A stretch of DNA of 64,000 nucleotides from positions 38,662-102,661 of the forward strand of contig JAOUFI010000003.1 of assembly GCA_029858305.1 (NCBI GenBank), read 5' to 3'. The position numbers were made by a program, and so were the translations under genes. Numbering within the stretch: position 1 is the stretch's first letter; each line of letters opens with the position of its first letter. A model generated the notes under the pieces. That model was not told the origin of the DNA. It saw nothing but the letters and a program-made list of their open reading frames with translations, and searched no databases. This DNA is from Candidatus Thorarchaeota archaeon. GTDB lineage: Archaea > Asgardarchaeota > Thorarchaeia > Thorarchaeales > Thorarchaeaceae. This document shows, one piece after another, positions 20,020 through 28,382 of the stretch.

Positions 20020-21573
20020 ATGAAGATCGAAGCTGACCTTGTTATCTTTAATGGGAACATCATCACTATGGATCCTCAAAAACCGAATGCCTCAGCTATG
20101 GCGGTGAAGAGCTATAAGGTCCTTGCAGTCGGTGAAGAAGATGCGGTAATCGATCTTGTTCCGGATGCAAAGCGGGTCATCGATCTTGGAGGTAAAACAG
20201 TCGTTCCAGGTTTCATTGATTCACACACTCATCTAACTAGTAGTGGCGTTAAAGAAGCCCATATCAAATTGAACGAGGCCAAATCAATTGATGAGGCTTT
20301 ACAAAAAATTAGAGAAGAATTGCATCGTTACTCCAATGAAGAGTGGATACTAGGGTATGGTTGGGATGAAAGCGAGTGGCCGATTAAACGGTATATTGAC
20401 GGTAAGGATTTAGATAATGTTAGTATGACCCAACCAATTATGGTAACAAGAGTAGATGGCCATCTTGCAGCGGTGAATATGATAGGACTGAAGAAACTCG
20501 GGATACCATTGAATCAAGAAGGAGTTCAGAAAGACAAGAAAGGAAAACCAACTGGCATTTTGAAGGATATTGAGGAAGTCTGGGAGAAGGTGAGACCAAG
20601 TCCAGAGAAGATACAAAAAGGTGTCAAAGCAGGGAATAAAATTGCTAATGGGCTAGGTATCACCACTGCTGTTGATAATGCAAGCAGTGGAACTTTGAAG
20701 TATATTCGTGAAGTGGAAACTATGGATAAACTCACTACACGGATGATAGTGAATTTCCCTGTTGAGCAGATTGACCATCTTATCGCCCTTGGCATGACCT
20801 CAGGAATGGGCAGTCCACTCGTAAAAATTGGGGGCGTCAAGATATTTACTGATGGGTCCATTGGTGCAATGACCGCAGCAGTATCGAGAGGATACAAAAC
20901 AGATCCCAAGAACAAAGGGATGCTACTCTTTTCAAAAGCCAAATACAGCAAAATCGTGCGAAAAGCTGTTGAGAATAATATTCAGACTGTTACGCATGCT
21001 ATTGGAGATGAGGCCATTGAGATGGTCATAACAACCTTCGAAGACATTGAAGACAAAAGCATACTACGCGACCAACGCCATCGAATTGAACATGCTGAGC
21101 TGATAAATGAGTACCAAATTCGGAGAGCTGTAAGTCTTGGCCTTATCCTTTCGATGCAGCCCAACTTCGTAGGGCGTTGGCAACATGAGGGAGGTCTTTA
21201 TGATTCGAGGCTGGACGAAGAAACTGTTCGTGGAATGAACATGTTCAGGGTTGCACTAGATAATGGTGCCAGATTGTGTTTTGGTTCTGACGGAATGCCG
21301 TACGGACCTCTCTATGGCATCTGGTCAGCAACAACTCACCCCAACGAGAGAGTTAAACTCACAGTTGAAGAAGCATTACGATGCTATACAATGGAGAGTG
21401 CGTATTCTGTTTTCCAAGAGAGCACACTAGGCAGTTTGACTGTCGGTAAGAGAGCTGACTTTGTTGTACTATCAGAGAATATTCTGGAGATACCACCAGA
21501 TAGAATCAAAGATGTAGATATTGATATGACAGTTGTTGGAGGTATCGTCGAATATTCCGCAGCGAAACTCTGA
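20020..21573 (+). CDS. Metal-dependent amidohydrolase (YtcJ-like, amidohydro_3)
   Basis: PGFIDSHTH, KIFTDGSIGA, HAIGD, RIEHA, GSD, GKRADFVVL; start taken at ATG 20020 (MKIEADL). Confidence 0.9.
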   Translation: MKIEADLVIFNGNIITMDPQKPNASAMAVKSYKVLAVGEEDAVIDLVPDAKRVIDLGGKTVVPGFIDSHTHLTSSGVKEAHIKLNEAKSIDEALQKIREELHRYSNEEWILGYGWDESEWPIKRYIDGKDLDNVSMTQPIMVTRVDGHLAAVNMIGLKKLGIPLNQEGVQKDKKGKPTGILKDIEEVWEKVRPSPEKIQKGVKAGNKIANGLGITTAVDNASSGTLKYIREVETMDKLTTRMIVNFPVEQIDHLIALGMTSGMGSPLVKIGGVKIFTDGSIGAMTAAVSRGYKTDPKNKGMLLFSKAKYSKIVRKAVENNIQTVTHAIGDEAIEMVITTFEDIEDKSILRDQRHRIEHAELINEYQIRRAVSLGLILSMQPNFVGRWQHEGGLYDSRLDEETVRGMNMFRVALDNGARLCFGSDGMPYGPLYGIWSATTHPNERVKLTVEEALRCYTMESAYSVFQESTLGSLTVGKRADFVVLSENILEIPPDRIKDVDIDMTVVGGIVEYSAAKL

Positions 21574-21584
21574 GGTGTGATAAT

Positions 21585-23399
21585 ATGGGGAAGGTCAGAG
21601 TACTGACCGAGGATCTTGTGTCCTTGATTTCAGCTGGAGAGGTCATCGAGAATCCTTCTTCTATCGTAAAGGAATTGATTGAGAATTCATTGGATGCAGG
21701 AGCAGACATGGTAGATGTAATGATCGAAGGAGGAGGAATAAAGACAATCTCGGTTTCAGATAATGGAAGTGGTATCCTCAAGGAGGATTGTCGAATCTGT
21801 CTCCAACGTTATTCGACAAGTAAAATCAGTACGAGAGCTGATCTTGATAGGATAGTTACTTATGGATTCAGAGGGGAAGCGCTTGCAAGCATCGCTTCCG
21901 TTGCTGATATAAAGATTGTAACGCGAACAGAGGAAGAAGAAACAGGAACACTCATTCAGTCTAGGTTTGGAAAAAAACCAACCTACAGCGAGATATCACG
22001 TCCAAGAGGGACAACTGTAGAGGTCAGGGATCTGTTCAGAAATATTGCAGCTCGCCGAAAGCATCTAGCTGATGCAAAGGTAGAATCACAGAGAATCCAG
22101 GAGGTTGTGATGAAACATGCAGCTATTCGTCCGGAGATCGGTTTTCGTCTAATTAGAGATGGAGAAACCATCATCGACAGCCCCCCTAGTCAGACAGCAA
22201 CAGATAGGATTGCATCTTTATGGGGCAGTGAAATTGCGAAGGCTCTAATCGATGTCGACTTCGCTGTGGATAATGTAAGAATCCATGGTTTTGTTGCAAG
22301 ACCTCCCGTATCTCGAGGTAATAGGTCTCGCGAATATTTCTCAGTGGTCAAGAGACCGGTAACTGATGAGAAGATGAGCCAAGCTCTTGAGTCTGTTTTT
22401 TCTACAACCTTGATGAAAGGACAATATCCAATATGCGCGCTAGATGTTTCAATCGATCTCTCGAAAGTTGATGTCAATGTACATCCAACAAAGAGGGAAG
22501 TAAGGATTCTTGACATCAATGAAGTTTGCACAATTTTGAAAAAAGCGGTTCGTTATTCTTTCGGAGAGCGCGATTTACCGGAAGAGGTAACATCCTTAGA
22601 AGATACGATTGGTGAATCTCTTCAGGCAATCTCAACCGATATTGTACAAAGTACTACGCCGAGCATGAGCCCAATCTCCCATGAGGATCAGATAGCAGCA
22701 GTGCCACTAGTTGAGCAAATGCTACTCAAGCCGATATCTGATGATGAGCATGAATCTCTCGATGTTGCCATATTAGGCGGAGTCTTCAGAATAATCGGAC
22801 AGATTCACAATCTCTACATCCTTCTTGAATTCGATGATGGGCTCTTGATTGTGGATCAGCATGCTGCTCATGAGAGAGTTCTTTATGAGCAACTGCGAAA
22901 AGAAATGAATGATGGAACAATAGCCATTCAAGAACTACTCCAACCCTTTGTACTTAGCTTGAGTCGAAAAGATGCAGAACAGATACTAGGAATCTCAGAT
23001 ATTCTCGATGATATTGGATATACAGTGAGTAGCTTTGGTGGAAATGATATTTCAATCTCTACACTCCCGGAAATCTTTGGCAGAATAGCATCCGAAAAGG
23101 AGCTAATGGCTCTAGTAGACAGGATTATTGATCTTGGGCAGCATACTGCACGAGAAACCTTCATGGATGAATTAGTCAAAGTAACAGCCTGTCATTCTGC
23201 TATACGCTCCGGTCAGCCACTCAATACTGAAGAGATTCGTAATCTTCTTGTAGATTTGTCAAAGACGAAAAGTAAGTACAATTGTTGTCATGGCAGACCT
23301 TCCATGCTCAAGATACTAAAAGATGATATCGATCGCAGTGTTGGTAGGATGGGACCTGATGCTATTAGTAGATATAGAGCAAGGCATGGTTTGAAATAG
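21585..23399 (+). CDS. mutL: DNA mismatch repair endonuclease MutL
   Basis: AGEVIENPSSIVKELIENSLDAGA, GFRGEALASI, DVNVHPTKREV; endonuclease motifs DQHAAHERVLYE, ACHSAI, CCHGRP. Confidence 0.96.
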   Translation: MGKVRVLTEDLVSLISAGEVIENPSSIVKELIENSLDAGADMVDVMIEGGGIKTISVSDNGSGILKEDCRICLQRYSTSKISTRADLDRIVTYGFRGEALASIASVADIKIVTRTEEEETGTLIQSRFGKKPTYSEISRPRGTTVEVRDLFRNIAARRKHLADAKVESQRIQEVVMKHAAIRPEIGFRLIRDGETIIDSPPSQTATDRIASLWGSEIAKALIDVDFAVDNVRIHGFVARPPVSRGNRSREYFSVVKRPVTDEKMSQALESVFSTTLMKGQYPICALDVSIDLSKVDVNVHPTKREVRILDINEVCTILKKAVRYSFGERDLPEEVTSLEDTIGESLQAISTDIVQSTTPSMSPISHEDQIAAVPLVEQMLLKPISDDEHESLDVAILGGVFRIIGQIHNLYILLEFDDGLLIVDQHAAHERVLYEQLRKEMNDGTIAIQELLQPFVLSLSRKDAEQILGISDILDDIGYTVSSFGGNDISISTLPEIFGRIASEKELMALVDRIIDLGQHTARETFMDELVKVTACHSAIRSGQPLNTEEIRNLLVDLSKTKSKYNCCHGRPSMLKILKDDIDRSVGRMGPDAISRYRARHGLK

Positions 23400-23464
23400 C
23401 TCTGAGTACTTTCCATAGATTGACGAAGGTGCATACTGATAAGAGAATCTAACCATAGAAAGAA

Positions 23465-23538
23465 TGGCAGTCGATGAGGCTAACAATACTGTCAGAGCCT
23501 TGAGCGATGATGAAACGGTGAGCAGCTGAGACTTGCCA
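23465..23538 (+). ncRNA. Candidate C/D-box methylation guide sRNA
   Basis: Intergenic; C-like TCGATGA 23471-77, D' TTGA 23500-03, C' ATGATGA 23507-13, 12-nt guide, D CTGA 23526-29; terminal complementarity TGGCAGTC / GACTTGCCA. Confidence 0.55.
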
Positions 23539-23550
23539 CCCTATACACTC

Positions 23551-24588
23551 TCATCTGAGCAATTCATCAACAAGTAAGTCGATTTTGGGAATAATAATCC
23601 CTGTTAAATCTTCGAGTCTATCGCGTACACCTTTTATGTGGTCCACTCTTGACTTAATCATCTCTATGGCATCTGGTCGCATTCCCAACTCATCAGCGCC
23701 CAGACTCAATGACGTAGAAATATCAAAAAGACGTCTAAGAATTGCTGTTACTTCAAAGAATTCAATTTGTTCAACCGGTTTCTGCGCAGCTTTTTCATAG
23801 TTTTTGAGAATATCTTCACGCAACTTCATACTACCAAAGGTCCCAGATAATAGTAAAGTCCAAGCGAGATCCTTACGATAGTCATCAATGCTTGAAGCTC
23901 CCCAATCTATTACGTACGGCTTATCACTACTATCAAGAAGAATGTTGAATGGATGATAATCTCCGTGTGTAATGGATGGTGTAACACTAGAAATACCATC
24001 AACTCGTTTCATTAGCCACTCATATATTGGAGTCAATTCTTTCTTTTGATACTCCTTGAGTGCAATCTTATACCGAGTAAGACGGGAGAAAACTAGACCA
24101 CGCGTATCGGACAAGGATTGCTTCTCTGAGTCAGTTGCAAAAGATGTCCAATCTAATCGATGCAAATTCACAAAGAGTCTACAGAAAATTTCCATCCACC
24201 TTTTATATTCAAATTCAGAGGCACCTAGTTTTTCATCAAGAAGCAATCCATCAATTCGCTCCATGAGTATGAATGGATTACCAATAACGCCAGCATCTTT
24301 CTCAACGAGATAAACCTCTGGAACAGGATATCCCAAATTGTAAAGTTGCTTCATCTTTGAAAATTCGGCTAGCGCCTTTGCAGTTGCACCTTTACCAGGG
24401 AATATTCGAGCGATAATGCCTTGATCGTGCGATTCGCCATTAGATTGCCAATTAAGGTCGAGAGAGATGATTTCTGTTTCCCACCCACTGGTAATATTAC
24501 GAAGATTGTTGACTTGGAGATTGTTTCTATCTGAATAGTATTGGCGAATGTAGTTAATTAACGGTGCAGATTCCATGAAAATACACAT
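23551..24588 (-). CDS. Aminoglycoside phosphotransferase / choline kinase-like family protein
   Basis: GYPVPEVY, FILMERIDG, HGDYHPFNIL (Brenner motif), VIDWG, DLAW. Confidence 0.85.
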   Translation of the reverse strand: MCIFMESAPLINYIRQYYSDRNNLQVNNLRNITSGWETEIISLDLNWQSNGESHDQGIIARIFPGKGATAKALAEFSKMKQLYNLGYPVPEVYLVEKDAGVIGNPFILMERIDGLLLDEKLGASEFEYKRWMEIFCRLFVNLHRLDWTSFATDSEKQSLSDTRGLVFSRLTRYKIALKEYQKKELTPIYEWLMKRVDGISSVTPSITHGDYHPFNILLDSSDKPYVIDWGASSIDDYRKDLAWTLLLSGTFGSMKLREDILKNYEKAAQKPVEQIEFFEVTAILRRLFDISTSLSLGADELGMRPDAIEMIKSRVDHIKGVRDRLEDLTGIIIPKIDLLVDELLR

Positions 24589-24623
24589 ATTATTACACTA
24601 AATTAGTTATTCCTATCGACAAC

Positions 24624-24666
24624 AAAAAAGAAAGGAAGAGAGAGGGCTTTCCAAGAAGACCTCTCT
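24624..24666 (-). terminator. Hairpin + U-tract terminator for the 750-aa gene
   Basis: AGAGAGG...CCTCTCT inverted repeat just past the stop, followed on the minus strand by TTCCTTTCTTTTTT. Confidence 0.4.
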
Positions 24667-24672
24667 ATAGGT

Positions 24673-26925
24673 TTACTTTTTCTTGGTCGACTTCTTCTTT
24701 GGCTTAGGTGCAGGTGCTGAAGATCGTCGCCTCATGACTAATGCGATGATAACTATCAATGCGATAGCTGCACCGCCAATTATGAGTAGAGTCGTTAAAT
24801 CAAGTGGGAATCCGCCTCCACCTGGAGCTAGCATGTATGTAATCTCATTTTGCCAGAGCTCAACTCTATCCTCATAGGTTGAATCATCCTCATCAGTTCC
24901 GAAGTTATCGATTAGAAAACCATTGAAGAGAGTCTGTTTGACGTTGCTTACCACAATAGCTGCATTTCCATCTTGGACATCCACAGATATGCCTGCGAGT
25001 GCAGTAAAACCGGGTCGAACTGTCATAGCATCTCCATCATCACCGAAAAGCACTACGGATGTGTAATTATGCCCTCCATGATCATTTGGTTCTGTGAAGA
25101 TAGGATGAGAGGCATCCCAAATATACATTGATGGAGTCCCAGAAAGCGAGGAGGAGTATTCTACGCCTAACTTTGACCAGAGTGGATGTGTTGGATTGTC
25201 ATCCAAGTTCCAGTAGGTCATGATCAACTTTCCGCCGTCATCTGCGTATGCATAGAGTTCATCCAGAATGATAAGTTCCTGCAAATGGTTCACTGCATTG
25301 TAGATTATGAGATCCCATGTCTTAGAATCAATGAAGTCATCCAAGTATGAACGATTTGTGAACACCTGAAATGAAAGTCCCAAATCAAGTAATGCACGAG
25401 CAGCTGAGCACGTGATCCCTTGATAGTCATCGAATAGAAGTATCTCAGCATCATTGGAAGATAGCCAAACCAGGACGTTAAGTGCAAATCGTAGGTTATA
25501 TCCTAGAGTTATCCCGCTACTATCGAAGATATTCATGTCTGCAGAGAGTATTGCACGACCTTGGCCAAATTCCTGCGCTGCTACAACAGGATCTGCACCT
25601 TCAAACCAAATCGCAGTTGCGTTTGCTAGGACAACTAGATGATTTCGGTTACCCATTGCAAGGCTATTGCAGCTCTCTACTGTGACGTGTGATCCAGGAG
25701 TAGCGGATATAGATCCCAAGATATTATTTGTTCCAAGACTCATGTCAAAATTCTGCAATAGTGAGTTAATAGCTAAATCACCAGGATTCGGACCTGGAAA
25801 GTCGTGTCTATCACCCAAGACGAGTAGACTACCACCGCCACTTACCCATTCTTCAACAACTTGAATCTCAGAAGAAGTGTAGTTCAGATCTGGCCATGGA
25901 AGCACAAGTATGTCATAGTCAGCCAACCTCTCGGAGGTGAAATTAGCCGTCGATGTAGGATAGAACTTGTCATATGTGAAGGTGTGATTGACTGCAAGAT
26001 TTCTAAATTGTGCAAAATTGCTTATTGGATCGGTAAGGGTTGAAAACTCACCATCCCAACTATCCACAGATAATCGAGGTTGGTGTGATAAGTCATAGGC
26101 AACTCGACCCCTGGGTCTAGGGATGAGCCATTCGACGGAGTCCACAATTATGCTCTCAAAATCTGCAGGAATAGAGGATCCATCACCAGGAAGTTGTACA
26201 ATTTTTCCACCCTTATTGCCATTATTCACTGCAAATGCAGTAACAAATAAGGGAGCTGAATTAATGCTCAACATTTCTGTGACATCATAATTGACATCCA
26301 TATCTTCGAGAACAAGAGTTGAAGTAGTCATCCAATTTGCAGTTCTTTCACTGACAGTATCATTGATATGATAATCTTTCATTGTTGAGTGACGTGATGT
26401 GACATTCTGTGTATCAGAAGAAAGATACATCCAGTGTGTGATAAGACCATCATCAATCATTCCATATTCAAGAAAGCCTTCGTAGAAGAGATAACTTAGA
26501 GGGCTATTGAAACTCAATATCGAGCCTCCGCCCAGCCAGAATTCTTTCACAAGCAATGAGATACTTTCTCGTGGAAGATTATTCACCAGAATGAAGACAT
26601 CATAGTCTATTGTGAGCAGTTCGTGGTTGAGGATGTCTGCTGTTGTAAGTCTTGTCACAGAATGACCAGCATCTTCAAGGAGTGTTTCCAACTCATCAAG
26701 ATGATTTGTTAGGTTCTCTGCATTTGAATATGCAGGAACAGTTACATTATCTTCGTCATAGAGTGCAACCCTAGCATCGCGCGACATCTGTGCGGGTACA
26801 GCTAGAGATTGCATTACTACATTATCATTCAATCCAACAAGAGTTGTTGGTACGATGAACATTGAAGTCAGAAATATCGATATCAATATGATAGGTAGGA
26901 CGCGGTTCAAAACCTCACCTCTCAA
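24673..26925 (-). CDS. Membrane-anchored extracellular protein with repeated class-I-GATase-like (GIFT/DUF4350-like) domains
   Basis: N-terminal signal; YDLSHQP, DYDILVLPWP...EWVSGGGSLLVLGD, plus two related alpha/beta repeats; C-terminal TM + Lys-rich tail. Confidence 0.65.
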   Translation of the reverse strand: MRGEVLNRVLPIILISIFLTSMFIVPTTLVGLNDNVVMQSLAVPAQMSRDARVALYDEDNVTVPAYSNAENLTNHLDELETLLEDAGHSVTRLTTADILNHELLTIDYDVFILVNNLPRESISLLVKEFWLGGGSILSFNSPLSYLFYEGFLEYGMIDDGLITHWMYLSSDTQNVTSRHSTMKDYHINDTVSERTANWMTTSTLVLEDMDVNYDVTEMLSINSAPLFVTAFAVNNGNKGGKIVQLPGDGSSIPADFESIIVDSVEWLIPRPRGRVAYDLSHQPRLSVDSWDGEFSTLTDPISNFAQFRNLAVNHTFTYDKFYPTSTANFTSERLADYDILVLPWPDLNYTSSEIQVVEEWVSGGGSLLVLGDRHDFPGPNPGDLAINSLLQNFDMSLGTNNILGSISATPGSHVTVESCNSLAMGNRNHLVVLANATAIWFEGADPVVAAQEFGQGRAILSADMNIFDSSGITLGYNLRFALNVLVWLSSNDAEILLFDDYQGITCSAARALLDLGLSFQVFTNRSYLDDFIDSKTWDLIIYNAVNHLQELIILDELYAYADDGGKLIMTYWNLDDNPTHPLWSKLGVEYSSSLSGTPSMYIWDASHPIFTEPNDHGGHNYTSVVLFGDDGDAMTVRPGFTALAGISVDVQDGNAAIVVSNVKQTLFNGFLIDNFGTDEDDSTYEDRVELWQNEITYMLAPGGGGFPLDLTTLLIIGGAAIALIVIIALVMRRRSSAPAPKPKKKSTKKK

Positions 26926-27040
26926 ATTTGGAAGGATTATTCTGTTATAAATCCACTAAAAAAATCATTCTCCTTTCAGATTTTATTTGTCAGCAGGCTG
27001 AATTTATATTGAGGACTTCAAGTTCATATCATGACTACAA

Positions 27041-27559
27041 ATGTTCGACTTGCTATTCGTACTCTTGATAGAAGCGAGTGTCATTATCATAGTTGTATGG
27101 ATAACCTGGTCAGCAATAGTTGGCGCACCGTGGCTACCCACTCCAAAGAGCAGAGTAAGAAGTATGCTCGAATTTGCAGGTGTTAATCAAAATGACAGGG
27201 TGTACGACCTAGGCTCTGGAGATGGTCGAATCATCGTGATGGCTGCAAAAGAATTCGGAGCACAATCCACTGGCATTGAAGTCGATCCCCTTCGAATCTT
27301 ATGGACGAAACTAGCAATCAGGCGCAACAAACTTGGAAACAAAGTCAACGTTATTCGCGGAAATTTCTTCAACATCAACATCGAGGATGCGACTGTCGTC
27401 ACACTGTACCAAGGACACGAAATTAACAAGAAAATACGTGACAAACTCTCTGTCGAACTTAGACATGGTACTCGTGTTGTGTCATACCGCTTCATCCTCG
27501 AAGGGTGGAGTCCAGTAAAGACAAGTGAGGAAAAATCAGTTTATCTATACATTGTGTAA
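27041..27559 (+). CDS. Class I SAM-dependent methyltransferase with N-terminal TM (FAM173/aKMT-like)
   Basis: GAPWLPTP, YDLGSGDGR, GIEVD, VVTLY, RVVSYRF. Confidence 0.85.
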   Translation: MFDLLFVLLIEASVIIIVVWITWSAIVGAPWLPTPKSRVRSMLEFAGVNQNDRVYDLGSGDGRIIVMAAKEFGAQSTGIEVDPLRILWTKLAIRRNKLGNKVNVIRGNFFNINIEDATVVTLYQGHEINKKIRDKLSVELRHGTRVVSYRFILEGWSPVKTSEEKSVYLYIV

Positions 27560-27784
27560 AGACTCTCTGTTGAAAACCTCCTTGCTTAGTAGTTTATGCA
27601 GTGTCTCACGAATCGAAATGATGAACGAGTCAAGACCTACATTGATAACTTGCGGAAAAAGTCCAGATGAGGTATAATATCCCTTATAGCACATTAATGA
27701 ACTTCTAAACATCTCTCAAAAAGCGAAGACTTTTACTATGATTTGTTGATAGATGTTTAGGCAAAAAGAAACACTTGCAATAAC

Positions 27785-28228
27785 ATGACTAGTGGACATG
27801 CTGAGCTGCAGGATAGGGTTCCGATGAGCACAACGTGGTTCATTGCTAAAGAGTACCTTAAGAGATTGGAAATAGATTTCGAAGAACACGGACGCACAAC
27901 GTTCAGTGTACATCCAGAAAAGCATATTGAAACTAAGGTGATTGAGGTCTTCCCAGGTAAGAACTGGATTACCCTCACAACTCGTCTAATGGATCTCGAT
28001 GAGCTACCTCCTAAGGGTAGGAAAGTAGTCTATGAAAAATTGCTCAAGGCGAACGCAACTCTTGTAGAGGTCAATTTTGGGATTGACAAAAAGAACTGCT
28101 TAACATTAAGAAATGCAGCACCTGTAACAGGCATCTCATATGACGTCTTCAATTGCACATATGAGGCTCATCTTGCTGCGATTAAATTTTTCTTTGAGAA
28201 AATGAAAGACCAGTTGCTCCAAGAGTAG
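27785..28228 (+). CDS. YbjN / type-III-chaperone-fold protein
   Basis: About 140 aa; alpha-beta-beta-beta-alpha-beta-beta-alpha pattern, YEKLLKANATLVEVNFGID. Confidence 0.55.
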   Translation: MTSGHAELQDRVPMSTTWFIAKEYLKRLEIDFEEHGRTTFSVHPEKHIETKVIEVFPGKNWITLTTRLMDLDELPPKGRKVVYEKLLKANATLVEVNFGIDKKNCLTLRNAAPVTGISYDVFNCTYEAHLAAIKFFFEKMKDQLLQE

Positions 28229-28382
28229 ATTGCAATGTATTAGCCAGCTAATATGCAAGAAGAAACAGAGGCGTGCACGAAACCCTGTCTATACCTACAC
28301 CGATTGAAATAATACAAGAGCAAAAGGGCGGCTCGATTTACAAAAAGGGATGGAAAGGCGGAAACAATCCCACACTATCAAA

